IMG/VR virus record: IMGVR_UViG_3300042326_001281
DNA: 64,000 bases
From: an uncultured virus (IMG/VR IMGVR_UViG_3300042326_001281)
Lineage: Duplodnaviria > Heunggongvirae > Uroviricota > Caudoviricetes
Reading direction: 5' to 3' (one strand)
Shown: positions 39,401 through 48,615 of the stretch, one piece after another
Position numbering within the stretch: the stretch's first letter is position 1
Layout of the letters: each line of letters begins with the position of its first letter
Position numbers and translations under genes: made by a program
The notes under the pieces: generated by a model
Database searches by the model: none
What the model saw: only the letters and a program-made list of their open reading frames with translations
Told to the model about the DNA's origin: nothing

Positions 39401-40494
39401 CTCGTCAGAATTTAAGGATGTATAAAGTTAGTTTAAATAAAGATGGTAAATACGAACCTACGCTACTTTTTACCGCTCCAGTAGGTGCATATACTGTTAG
39501 CAATACAGAAGTCCAGGTAGTAAAAAATACCAATACAGCGGACCCAGTGTTTGAGTTAGAGATAAGAATAGAAAAATATCAAAACGGTATGAAATATGAC
39601 GTTTATTATGGAAGTAAATATGTTAATTCTTTTATCGAAGCATCTGGTCCAGCCATTAATGTAGATAGCAGAAGAATATTCATGTTTGTTAGAAATGACT
39701 CACAGGCTATTTATGAATGGGTCGCTGCCGCAGCCAGACCAGTGGGGCGAGTCTCTAATTCATACTTTAAATCAAATACTGCTCTGGATCAAGCAATTCA
39801 AAGTGGCATCATCCCTGTTAATCAAGACTTTATCTTTAAGGATAACACTATTCAATACTATTTTAATGATTTTGCTAAGTTAGTTAGACAGGTAAAGGAA
39901 TATGATATTAGGTATGAAACACCCGCATATGTTGTAAGGTTAATAGATATTTCTAGTGTAAACCCAGAATATTTAATTAAACAGTTTGACTATACTTCTT
40001 TTGGAGCAAAACTTGTTGTTGCTAATACATCATCTGGCCCAATACTATTAGGAGAAGAAAGCAACCTACCACTGTATCTTGTCGGTATTGGTATAGAAGA
40101 ATTAAGCACAGGCAAGATCTCTATGAAAGACTACTATGACCTGATAGATGAAAAGAAGAAAAGGGTGACAACCAGGGAAAGAAATCTATCAACATATGGG
40201 GCCCAGACCTTTAGTTTTGACAGCCAGTATATACAAACAATGGCTCAGGCTAAAAATATGATGAGGTGGATTAATCAATATTGCAGTAGACAAAGATTAA
40301 AAATGTCTTTAGAAATTTTTCCAAATCCAATTTTACAATTGGGTGATAAAATAAGAATATATGATAAAAGTCGTGGATACATTCAAGAGAATACTAATTT
40401 TAATGATAAAGTATTTGTCGTATCATCTATTTCGCACTCAGTATCATCAGATGGACCTTCTATGAATATTGAAATTGTTGAGGTAGGTCAGTAA
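36463..40494 (+). CDS. Large minor tail / baseplate-hub protein
   Basis: 1343 aa; LEQLAIATQCSMFFDE and NPILQLGD hub-like motifs; position. Confidence 0.65.
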   Translation: MLNYGSLRNLYRKADSVTSSHLVVAEWNMNKYQQLKYYGVYKNPTTAAANTTFNSSDANIVTGENFFIYDDKTKKLDSTSDYFSSLTSIFFPNRPNPGIVLLQNYGSNIIVKQIESIKSENINSSSPRYYPFSFNREYDYFNTAKAMGENTNDRGVKAPNGNILCANPYVVYKDSGEDPFPVNKITIKVQNHLTVPDKFIVQYLNSSNVWTTAYNSGDNASALFNTGILDLYFNSSTWSTTVSRVTDLSQISSVSPTQLVKIKGLRLLVFKMSTNNPGSQGLEIIELSPRLEVDLTDYTESFSFDSSIGDSTSIGLPVGSIVSSTGNISLSNEDNQFLFSSVLNDLNMLNPDTKFTFYQIVNDGTTNTTIPLKIMYSNEWNVGQDYSVSITLEDKFKFLRETAATDLLLVSSTGTKLSTIILTLLDNAGITGLEFVTSSLGADKTGEDVKIRTFFCKKEQTVAEVLEQLAIATQCSMFFDETDNLNILTKERLTEKVTQSQSTSSTSGGTDMWMVFDEDYTNLAGTGNCLEYNFTASYNSNVISYNEIKLNPVTDGDVIYHTYGPRKVPGINNLPEKVLAPLTSDIPAATLAFSNYTYATKILWTVGNDNSSVLGCANLVVDLPDTQLKNQFTSTYTALNEEEAIRLIYSTTNLAGTTYFPNDAAKLTAKKSLVIFIDRNEGFTIPDYEGYILIDREYIKYRGKLFSINGQLKILFSDEELQQEMRFLPKGSSISIIGLIVNVVLEVINQSNGQYTYKVVGDGRSKFSSELAKHVALAENNDGISPSKQFKLTLGEKKQYSTPGAVRATTKFNFIDKNTYRSAREALGSIGYDDLQSYLGFLKLSGPNSPQGDISLLNRLDQSGPTEDVIAALNQMNKQVDEAVTGNSFVPGISFDDYVFMQGERNIYGQWIDLPFIPNSISTRMRLFSSIKKIKNNQYIMSTNSSIAGIGFGLNSNNEGYFVEVESVGAGKDNISKKAARQNLRMYKVSLNKDGKYEPTLLFTAPVGAYTVSNTEVQVVKNTNTADPVFELEIRIEKYQNGMKYDVYYGSKYVNSFIEASGPAINVDSRRIFMFVRNDSQAIYEWVAAAARPVGRVSNSYFKSNTALDQAIQSGIIPVNQDFIFKDNTIQYYFNDFAKLVRQVKEYDIRYETPAYVVRLIDISSVNPEYLIKQFDYTSFGAKLVVANTSSGPILLGEESNLPLYLVGIGIEELSTGKISMKDYYDLIDEKKKRVTTRERNLSTYGAQTFSFDSQYIQTMAQAKNMMRWINQYCSRQRLKMSLEIFPNPILQLGDKIRIYDKSRGYIQENTNFNDKVFVVSSISHSVSSDGPSMNIEIVEVGQ

Positions 40495-42164
40495 TGGCAA
40501 AGAATCCTCCTACACCGCCCAAGCCTCCTACACCGCCCAAGCCTCCCACACCGCCCAAGCCTCCCACACCGCCCAAGCCTCCCACACCGCCTCCCACACC
40601 GCCCAAGCCTCCCGCGCCGCCTCCTACACCGCCTACTCCTATTACGCCTGCTCCACCACCGCCTGCTCCTATTACGCCTGCTCCACCACCGCCTGCTCCA
40701 CCCCCTCCTCCTACAGGAGCAACAGGTCTATCAGAAGCACAAATAAGAGCAATTGTTCAAAATCAAATTACCTCTATGAAAGTAGTAACGCAAGATGTTG
40801 TTAGGAATATTGTTTCTAATCAAATTGGTTCTGCCATTGCTGAAAATACTTTTACAAAAAAAGAAGCAAACGATAAGTTTACAACTAAAGCAGAGGTTAG
40901 AGGCGTTGTTGAATCACTTTCTATAACAAAGGAAGATGCTAATAATAGGTTTACAACTAAAGCAGAAGTTCGCCAGGTTGTTGAATCACTTTCTATAACA
41001 AAGGAAGATGCTAATAAAAGATTTATTGATAAAAATGAATTAAACGTTAAATTAAACGACTGGTGGGATAGTAAAAATCCTTCCAGGTGGGTTACACAAC
41101 CTGATTTAGATAAATGGTGGTCTATAAAAAATGTTGGTAAATTTACTACAGAAAATGAAGTTAAAGGAATTATAGATAAATGGTGGGACAGTAAAAATCC
41201 TTCTAGGTGGGTTACAGAATCGGAACTGAGTGATGCATTAAAAGGAATTAAAAAAGATACAGGAAAAGTCACTGCTGATGATGTTAAAGGTGTTCTAGAT
41301 GAAGTTATGAGAAGTAATAAATTTAAGAGTAATTTAGCCAATATCTTTGACATAAATCAAAACAATCTTAAAATTAAAGATTTTATGAAAGAAGGTCTAT
41401 TCTCTTACTATGGTGCTAGTAAGAATGCTGAAGATCAAAAAGAGATTACAGATTTACTTAAAACTATTAAAACAATACGGGACGATCTTGAAACTTTATC
41501 AGAACTTGGAATTGGTGTTGGTGGAGGTGGAGAAGAACCAGGGGATGGAACCTATGATGTTGAGCCTGAAGGTGAAACTTCTCTAGAGGCTATATTAAAT
41601 ATTCCTGTAACAACTAGAAGTGCTGGAGGAGGGGTATTGTCAAAGATTAAAATACCTCCATCAAACACTAATCCAGCAGACATTACCTACCCTAATGACG
41701 CTCAACCTATCTTTATGCCAAATATAAATAGAAAAGTAAAAGTAGAAATTGATAGAATTACTATGTCATTAGTTAAAACAGCCAAAGAATTTTTAGAGGC
41801 GGGAATAGATTTTAATGCTATTAACTATGTACCGAATAATCAGACAGTAGATGCTGAAAATGGTCTAGTATATTACGATCCTACCGAACTTAACGCTCCA
41901 GGCAATCCAACCAGTAGTTTTGCATCAGAAATTATTAATGGAGTTGTTGATGAATTAATTAAATTATTAAATTACGGTGACAGGGCGAATAATAAATTTA
42001 ACTATTTCGAGTACCTTAACCTATTTGATTTGACCTATGACAATAATGGCAACCCCTCATATGTTCTTAACGTGGAGATAGAAGATGTTATAATAGATAA
42101 TCTTAAAGCGATAAAAGTAGATGAAAACAATAATAATGCGTCCGTTAATCCAGAACCTGCTTAG
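40494..42164 (+). CDS. Tail-associated protein with polyproline N-terminus and internal duplications
   Basis: (PPTPPK)n; duplicated FTTKAEVR.VVESLSITKEDAN and WWDSKNPSRWVT. Confidence 0.55.
   Translation: MAKNPPTPPKPPTPPKPPTPPKPPTPPKPPTPPPTPPKPPAPPPTPPTPITPAPPPPAPITPAPPPPAPPPPPTGATGLSEAQIRAIVQNQITSMKVVTQDVVRNIVSNQIGSAIAENTFTKKEANDKFTTKAEVRGVVESLSITKEDANNRFTTKAEVRQVVESLSITKEDANKRFIDKNELNVKLNDWWDSKNPSRWVTQPDLDKWWSIKNVGKFTTENEVKGIIDKWWDSKNPSRWVTESELSDALKGIKKDTGKVTADDVKGVLDEVMRSNKFKSNLANIFDINQNNLKIKDFMKEGLFSYYGASKNAEDQKEITDLLKTIKTIRDDLETLSELGIGVGGGGEEPGDGTYDVEPEGETSLEAILNIPVTTRSAGGGVLSKIKIPPSNTNPADITYPNDAQPIFMPNINRKVKVEIDRITMSLVKTAKEFLEAGIDFNAINYVPNNQTVDAENGLVYYDPTELNAPGNPTSSFASEIINGVVDELIKLLNYGDRANNKFNYFEYLNLFDLTYDNNGNPSYVLNVEIEDVIIDNLKAIKVDENNNNASVNPEPA
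40506..40712 (+). repeat. Coding tandem repeats (18-nt CCTCCYACACCGCCCAAG and 30-nt units)
   Basis: Four consecutive full 18-nt units plus partial and further copies, then two PITPAPPPPA units. Confidence 0.9.
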
Positions 42165-42175
42165 GAGGAAATTTA

Positions 42176-43129
42176 ATGTATGGTGTATATAAATTTTATC
42201 TAAATGATAAATTAATTCACGAAGAAAAAAATGCCCTCACTATTGCAGGAAGATCAATTATTGTTAAATCTTTACTAGGAATTATACCGAGTTTTGCTAA
42301 TTCAATTGCCTATGGATTAGGTGATTCTGCTAATATTCTTAGCGCATCAACCAATCTAATTACTAATAACTCCCTGCAATTTGAAACAGGAAGAACTAGA
42401 GTTATTGCTTCCTCTATTTCATTAGAAAATGGTAATGATATTTTAATATACTCTGGAACAATAGATGATACGTTTCAATCAGAAATTAGGGAAGTAGGTT
42501 TATATCCTTCAATTCTGGCGGACGCAAGCGTGGGCATTGATGGATCACTCATCTTTAACTTTGATAATGTTGCTAATTTTATTAAATTAGGAACGGCCTC
42601 AGGATCAAATCTAGTTACTTCTACATATGCTCGCATAGGATCAGACCTATTTAGAGTTCCTTCTACTTCTAGTGCAAATAATTATTTGCAATATTCTACT
42701 ACAGACGGATCTTTTTCATACTTAGATAAATATACATCTCAAGATCTTTTTAAACTGGCGGGGTACAATACAAACAGCGCATCATGTAATATTTTCTTTA
42801 GATTCTTTACTAATGATACAAGTTATTATGATGTTAAGTTTGTATCTCCAACATCTTCTGGATACTTTTTGTCTGAGATAGAAAAGGGTCAGGCTGTAAT
42901 TACAGGAAATCCTTCATGGGGATCAATTAACTATGTAAGAATATGGCAAGAAGAAATTCCTGATATTTACTTAGATGGCCTTAAACTAGATATTGGTTCA
43001 TACTTTATTGACTCCAACTATGGCCTGATCTCCAGAGCAGTTTTAGCGCAACCAATTAGAAAGCCTCCGTCCATACCTATGACGATTGAATATTCATTAT
43101 CACTAGGGTTTAACTATGGAGTGGCATGA
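42176..43129 (+). CDS. Minor tail protein
   Basis: NALTIAGR and IREVGLY motifs typical of fibre-attachment/baseplate proteins. Confidence 0.5.
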   Translation: MYGVYKFYLNDKLIHEEKNALTIAGRSIIVKSLLGIIPSFANSIAYGLGDSANILSASTNLITNNSLQFETGRTRVIASSISLENGNDILIYSGTIDDTFQSEIREVGLYPSILADASVGIDGSLIFNFDNVANFIKLGTASGSNLVTSTYARIGSDLFRVPSTSSANNYLQYSTTDGSFSYLDKYTSQDLFKLAGYNTNSASCNIFFRFFTNDTSYYDVKFVSPTSSGYFLSEIEKGQAVITGNPSWGSINYVRIWQEEIPDIYLDGLKLDIGSYFIDSNYGLISRAVLAQPIRKPPSIPMTIEYSLSLGFNYGVA

Positions 43130-44040
43130 GTAAATTAGTAATTCCTGGGCTAAAACCAGAAGATTCTGTTAAGTTCTATTTGACTGGTGAATTTTATGGA
43201 GAAAATCCATCATCTATTTCTTTTAATATTGATATTCCAAAAGCCTGCCCACTAATCAGTAAAACTAATATCGGACTGAATGTTAAGGCGACCTCTGATG
43301 AAATTGTAAGAAATGATGCAAGTATTTTCCCTTTTAACTATTATAGTAAATTAACTTTGTCTAAGAAAAATCATTATAAAATTAGGCTTAGACTAGGGCA
43401 AAGAAAAAATCGTGGCACCCTAAAAGTAAAAAATACAGTTTTAATTAATGTTCCAGGTGGATCTCCTTTATCTAATTTAGATGGACAGGTTTTTCCTATT
43501 ATTGCTTCAGGCCCTACATCTAACAATGAGGCTTTCATTGTAGACTTAGAAATTCCAAATTCTAGGGTTGTGAGTCAAGCACGCGGGTCAGTGACAAACT
43601 CTAGTATTACTGAAGACTATGCTATTAGAAAATTCAAAGAATTTCAAGTAACGATCACAAAAAACGTATTCGATAATTTAATTAATGTTAGAAATCCACT
43701 TAAAGGTACATTAGTTAGCCAGATTATTGATATTCCTATCTATGCTTATAAAAATTTTGAAGGAGAGAATTCTGCAAAAGAGCCCCGTTTATTATTTTTA
43801 AATAATGCTGAAATTAATGAAAAAACTCCTCCAGCCTATAGTCAAAATCTTGTTGATGCCTATCTTGCAGGGAACTCATATAAAAAACGTTTAAGAAGTG
43901 ATGAAAAAAGAAATTTTCTTTTTTATGTTGCAATTGCAAGATATAGTTATGCAAATAATAAATGGAGCGGTCAATGGCTTCAAGTCAATAAAGAAAATAA
44001 GGCTATTTGGGGAAAGGCGGTCCTAGCCAGTGGCAACTGA
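43126..44040 (+). CDS. Hypothetical tail-region protein
   Basis: Clean ORF coupled to its neighbours. Confidence 0.4.
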   Translation: MSKLVIPGLKPEDSVKFYLTGEFYGENPSSISFNIDIPKACPLISKTNIGLNVKATSDEIVRNDASIFPFNYYSKLTLSKKNHYKIRLRLGQRKNRGTLKVKNTVLINVPGGSPLSNLDGQVFPIIASGPTSNNEAFIVDLEIPNSRVVSQARGSVTNSSITEDYAIRKFKEFQVTITKNVFDNLINVRNPLKGTLVSQIIDIPIYAYKNFEGENSAKEPRLLFLNNAEINEKTPPAYSQNLVDAYLAGNSYKKRLRSDEKRNFLFYVAIARYSYANNKWSGQWLQVNKENKAIWGKAVLASGN

Positions 44041-46504
44041 AAATTTTGATTCAGAAATTGACGATGTTGGGATTAGCCCACTAGAAGGAATTCTGGATGA
44101 CGCTGGTGTATTTAGACTTCAAACTCCAAACATCTCTTCATATAATTTTGACGGCGTGATTGGCAATCAACAATTAAATATTGCAGCCTCTGCCGTCCAG
44201 CCTGGAATGCAGATATCTCTTACTGGATCAGTTGGAACTCAAACATACTATACAGTTTTGTTTGTTAATGACAGCGATGAAGAATTATCTGCTTCCCCAT
44301 CAGAACTAGTAACCATTCAGTATATCGATGAGGAGGGCTTTCCAGAAATATTATCAATTGGGGCTTCTGCAATTATTTCCATACAGAAGGAAAATTGGGA
44401 AGATAAATATCTTGGTGAAAACGGTTGGTATATTGGCACCTCTGGAAATGCTATTTTTTCTAATGTTGCAATCCGTGGTGAAATTGAGGCAACAACCATG
44501 GATATTGGCGGCGCAGAAGGAATTATCTATGACGGAAACACAGTAACTATTGGAGCATCTGTTGTCATTAATGCCGCCCTTACAGTTGGTGCTTCTGGCA
44601 ATTTTATTGTTTCTGGATCGGCGGCTCAAGACATTATCAGCAATAACACAACTATTACTGGTGGAAATATTGCTACAGGAAATATTAAATCTACTGGATA
44701 TTCTGGGCCAGGAACAGGTAGCGCGTTTTCTACGACAGGAATGTCTATTAATTTAGATGATGGATCTATTGTTGCACCTAATTTTAAAATAGACAATGGG
44801 GGAAATGCTCATTTTAAAGGTGTTGTACAATCTGCATCTGGTGCTATTGGTGGATTTACTGTAAGTGCAAGCCAGATATCTATTGCTGGATTTACTATGT
44901 CTACTGCTTCTGGTATATTCCTTGGTGATAATAGACAGTTTAGCGTAAACACTCAGGGGAATTTAATTGCAACCTCGGCATCTATAGTTGGAGATATTCG
45001 CGCTCGCTCTGGAACATTCTCTGGTTCTGTCTCTGCTGCTGGAATATATGGGGCCTCTGTCTCTGGAGGTATTATTACAGGGCAGCAGATAGTCGGCGGA
45101 ACTATAACGGGGGCGAGTGGAACATTTACAGGGAATCTAATTGCTACATCATTAACTGCATCAAATGGAAATATTGGCGGATTTACTATTACAAATAATT
45201 CATTGAATGCTAATAATTTTGCCATATCAACACAGGGTGGGCTATCCCTAGGAACATCTAACCAATTCTCTGTAGATACATTAGGAAGCCTTAGAGCAAC
45301 CTCTGCCTCCATCACTGGAAATATTATTGCAACTAGTGGAAGTTTTACTGGAGCCCTAAATGCTGCGGCAGGCACATTTGCAGGAAATCTATCTGCCGCA
45401 GGAGGTACATTTGCAGGTTCATTGTCTGCAGCAGGAGGCACATTTGCAGGAAATCTATCTGCAGCAGGAGGTACATTTTCAGGAAATCTATCTGCAGCAG
45501 GAGGTACATTTGCAGGCTCATTGTCTGCAGCAACAGGCACATTTGCAGGCTCATTATCTGCAGCAACAGGCACATTTGCAGGCTCATTATCTGCAGCAAC
45601 AGGCACATTTTCAGGCACACTTTCTGCAAATAGCATAACCAGTGGATCAATAAATGCAAGTCTTATTAGTGTCACTAATATTAACGCAAATAATATTACA
45701 TCAGGGACCATTTCTGGAGACAAAATTACTGGTGGGACTATTACTGGAACACTTATTTCAACAGGTGGTAGCAATAGGGTTACGTTAAATGATAGTTCTT
45801 CAACTTTTGGAAAAGATAGTCTTAGTTTTTATTCTGGAAATGTGCAAAGAGGCATTGTGTACTGGGATACAATTGGTAACGAACTTCTTGTTGGTGGAAT
45901 TACTAGACCAGTTAGAATAGACCCTTCTTTAAAGGTAAATGGAAATACAGATGTTTTTGGAACATTATATACTGGAAATAAAATCACAATTGCTTTTGGT
46001 GGATTACAAGTAGACAATGGAGGCATTACAAACTCAGCGGGTGCAATAACATCTCTTCCTACATATAACAATGATGCATCTCTTACAAATAATGTTCATA
46101 TAAACGCTTCTGGGGTGTTTAGAAGAAACTCTTCAACTCAAAAGAAAAAATATAACATTATTCCAATTTCTGGAGAATTAAGTAACCTAGTCTCCCCTGA
46201 AAAAATTTCAAATGCCAGCCCAGAAATCAATTATAAAAATATTTTAAATCTTACTCCAGTACAATTTAGTCCTATAGAAAATGAAGAATATTTAAATAAA
46301 AATATATTAGGATTTATTGCAGAAGATATAGCAGATAAAATGCCAGAAATTGCATCATATGATGCAAATAATGAACCAGAGTACTACGATGTTAATGGAA
46401 TTGTAGCGGCTCTTCTTGCAGTAGTTAAAGATCAGGTTGAAGAAATAAATGAATTAAAAAATAGAATAAATACTTTAGAAAGGGTTGTAGGTATAGATGG
46501 CTAA
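44030..46504 (+). CDS. Tail fibre/spike with C-terminal intramolecular chaperone (peptidase S74-like)
   Basis: G/S/T-rich beta repeats; SSTQKKKYNI...GFIAED...coiled-coil end. Confidence 0.7.
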   Translation: MATENFDSEIDDVGISPLEGILDDAGVFRLQTPNISSYNFDGVIGNQQLNIAASAVQPGMQISLTGSVGTQTYYTVLFVNDSDEELSASPSELVTIQYIDEEGFPEILSIGASAIISIQKENWEDKYLGENGWYIGTSGNAIFSNVAIRGEIEATTMDIGGAEGIIYDGNTVTIGASVVINAALTVGASGNFIVSGSAAQDIISNNTTITGGNIATGNIKSTGYSGPGTGSAFSTTGMSINLDDGSIVAPNFKIDNGGNAHFKGVVQSASGAIGGFTVSASQISIAGFTMSTASGIFLGDNRQFSVNTQGNLIATSASIVGDIRARSGTFSGSVSAAGIYGASVSGGIITGQQIVGGTITGASGTFTGNLIATSLTASNGNIGGFTITNNSLNANNFAISTQGGLSLGTSNQFSVDTLGSLRATSASITGNIIATSGSFTGALNAAAGTFAGNLSAAGGTFAGSLSAAGGTFAGNLSAAGGTFSGNLSAAGGTFAGSLSAATGTFAGSLSAATGTFAGSLSAATGTFSGTLSANSITSGSINASLISVTNINANNITSGTISGDKITGGTITGTLISTGGSNRVTLNDSSSTFGKDSLSFYSGNVQRGIVYWDTIGNELLVGGITRPVRIDPSLKVNGNTDVFGTLYTGNKITIAFGGLQVDNGGITNSAGAITSLPTYNNDASLTNNVHINASGVFRRNSSTQKKKYNIIPISGELSNLVSPEKISNASPEINYKNILNLTPVQFSPIENEEYLNKNILGFIAEDIADKMPEIASYDANNEPEYYDVNGIVAALLAVVKDQVEEINELKNRINTLERVVGIDG
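45356..45628 (+). repeat. Eight tandem 33-nt coding repeats (LSAAGGTFAGN-like)
   Basis: Read directly in both DNA and protein. Confidence 0.9.
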
Positions 46505-46799
46505 TGTAAATTATATAATTAATTCAGAACTCAATATCCCCAGAGTTATTATGGAACTGGAGTCTGAAGAAGGTAATGAAATTGCATATATAGAAATTGA
46601 ATATATTGAGCAATTTTATAAAGTACTTTCTCGGGCCACCCTAGAGGAATATTTAGCATCTTTAGACAATAAAATGATTGAATATGCTTCTAACATAGTG
46701 TACGATAATTCAAGCAGGGATACTATATCTCAGATATATGTTCTTGCAAACATTAGAGATAACTTGAGGGTATACTTATATCCGCCCGAACAACAATGA
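46497..46799 (+). CDS. Hypothetical protein
   Basis: Coupled ORF after the fibre gene. Confidence 0.45.
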   Translation: MANVNYIINSELNIPRVIMELESEEGNEIAYIEIEYIEQFYKVLSRATLEEYLASLDNKMIEYASNIVYDNSSRDTISQIYVLANIRDNLRVYLYPPEQQ

Positions 46800-46808
46800 G
46801 GAGAATAA

Positions 46809-46985
46809 ATGTCACAAACACTAGAACTTATTATTCAAGAACTACAGCAGCGTATTGGTCAAATGACCAGCGATTATGAAACAAAACTAGCAGTTATGAA
46901 GGCTCAGGCTACTGAGCAAATTCAGGCACGCGACAAGAAAATTATTGAACTAGAGGCTCAATTAGATGACAATTCAGATTCCTAG
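46809..46985 (+). CDS. 58-aa coiled-coil protein, not in the ORF track
   Basis: GAGGAG SD; MSQTLELIIQELQQRIGQMTSDYETKLAVMKAQATEQIQARDKKIIELEAQLDDNSDS. Confidence 0.7.
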   Translation: MSQTLELIIQELQQRIGQMTSDYETKLAVMKAQATEQIQARDKKIIELEAQLDDNSDS

Positions 46986-47415
46986 TGACGGTCAACCGTT
47001 AACATATGAACTGCTTAAACAGATTATCGATCAGGTCAACAGGGTATCATCTTCTGATCTCAATGATGTTAAGCAAATTGTAAATGTATATGGAGAAGGA
47101 ATTAGTCAGCAAGAAGATGCCAAGGCTGCTATCGTAACGGGGCAAAGAGTTATTACTTTACAAAAAGGAAATAACTCCAGAACAACACAGACAATTACAT
47201 TTCCAGCAGTGTTTTCTGCAAATCCATATGTAACTGTAACCATTGTAGATATTAATACTGCTAAGGCAGAGGGCGGAGTGAATGGTGCAGTTGCTACCGT
47301 TGTTGGGCTAAATAAAAATGGAATGACAGTAAAGATAGAACTTTTGAAAGAAGTTCCAGTAAATACTTCTGTGAGATTGAACTATATAGCAGTAGGTCCA
47401 GGCATAAATACTTAA
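46966..47415 (+). CDS. Small virion protein with H-type lectin-like beta domain
   Basis: ITFPAVFSANPYVTVT...LNYIAVG pattern. Confidence 0.5.
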   Translation: MTIQIPSDGQPLTYELLKQIIDQVNRVSSSDLNDVKQIVNVYGEGISQQEDAKAAIVTGQRVITLQKGNNSRTTQTITFPAVFSANPYVTVTIVDINTAKAEGGVNGAVATVVGLNKNGMTVKIELLKEVPVNTSVRLNYIAVGPGINT

Positions 47416-47876
47416 TGTCAAAGTATACTTTGATTCCTTCTAATCATAAAAAAGCAATAAATAAGTTATATTATGAACATATTCTAATAATAGAAGATTA
47501 TATTGGAAGAGAATTGAAAGAGTATGAGTCAGTTCATCATATTAATGGAATAAAAACAGATAATAGAATAGAAAATCTTTTTTTATGCCACCGTAGAGAA
47601 CACGATAAAGCCCACGGCATGAAGACTGTATCTATGTACAAGTTATATCCCTCATGGGTTAAAAAAAAATGTAAGTATTGCGGTGTTGATTTTTATGGCT
47701 ATCCATCCATAATGAAGAAAAGAGTAAAATGTAGGTCAACTTGTAAGTCAATAAAGGTTGACAAGATTTGTGGCTGGTGTGATAAGATTTATACCGTCCC
47801 TGTGATTAAAGAACATCTATGGGATTATTGTTCTCGCTTATGCCGACGAAAGGCTAATAATGACAAACGATCTTAA
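47415..47876 (+). CDS. HNH endonuclease (putative homing endonuclease)
   Basis: EH...VHHINGIKTDNRIENL..H...H plus C-terminal CxxC repeats. Confidence 0.8.
   Translation: MSKYTLIPSNHKKAINKLYYEHILIIEDYIGRELKEYESVHHINGIKTDNRIENLFLCHRREHDKAHGMKTVSMYKLYPSWVKKKCKYCGVDFYGYPSIMKKRVKCRSTCKSIKVDKICGWCDKIYTVPVIKEHLWDYCSRLCRRKANNDKRS
47758..47788 (+). promoter_or_regulatory. Possible sigma70-type promoter for the replication block
   Basis: TTGACA at 47758-47763 and TGaTAAGAT at 47780-47788; the 19-nt spacer is long. Confidence 0.4.
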
Positions 47877-48615
47877 GTGGATGATGGTATCAGACATTCA
47901 CTTTCCTAGGCACGACCCCCGTAAGGTAGAACTATTCCTTAAGGTAATGAAGTGGTGGAAGCCAGACGCAGTTGATCTGCTAGGAGATATTGATGATGCT
48001 GATTCTACAAGTCGCTGGGCAGCAGATAAGCCCCTAGAAATGTCAGTATCTATAGATGATGGAGGAGTTCGTGAAACAAGGCAGTTCCTTAAAGATATCA
48101 GAAAGATCGTCCCCAGTGCTGATTGTCATTTTCACGATGGGAATCATGGCTGGACTCGCCACGGCGAATACCTTGCTAAGAAAGCGCCGCAGTTCCTTGA
48201 AATAGTAACAGCAGACACATTATATGATTATTCTAATGCTGGATTTGAGTGGCATAATTGGAATGAACCACCCGTAAAACGATTCGGAGATATCTATGGT
48301 CATCATGGAGAATCTATTTCAAAGCACGCAGGGGAGTCAGTCCGTAACGATGTTAATAACTGGGGCGTTTCTCTTGTCCGTGGTCATTCACATCGTATGG
48401 GTGCATACTTTCAAACATATAACATTACAGGCCAAGAACTTAGGGGATATGAGATTGGTCATCTTTGTGATGAGGATCAAATGGATTACTCTATTCAAAA
48501 GAATTGGCAGGCGGGATTTGCTGTAGCCCATGTAGTAAATGATTATCCACACATTCAATTAATTCAAATTCATGATTATACCTGTGTAGTGGATGGAAAG
48601 ATCTTTACTGCATAA
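47860..48615 (+). CDS. Calcineurin-like metallophosphoesterase
   Basis: SDIH, GDIDD, GNH, HG and GHSH motifs. Confidence 0.85.
   Translation: MTNDLKWMMVSDIHFPRHDPRKVELFLKVMKWWKPDAVDLLGDIDDADSTSRWAADKPLEMSVSIDDGGVRETRQFLKDIRKIVPSADCHFHDGNHGWTRHGEYLAKKAPQFLEIVTADTLYDYSNAGFEWHNWNEPPVKRFGDIYGHHGESISKHAGESVRNDVNNWGVSLVRGHSHRMGAYFQTYNITGQELRGYEIGHLCDEDQMDYSIQKNWQAGFAVAHVVNDYPHIQLIQIHDYTCVVDGKIFTA

Noticed and set aside
45356..45628. 33-nt repeats as a CRISPR array
   Set aside because: The repeats are contiguous, lack unique spacers and are in frame within a fibre gene.
44953..45774. 273-aa antisense ORF and Q/L-rich alternative-frame ORFs
   Set aside because: Shadows of the tandem repeat and G/S/T/A codon bias.
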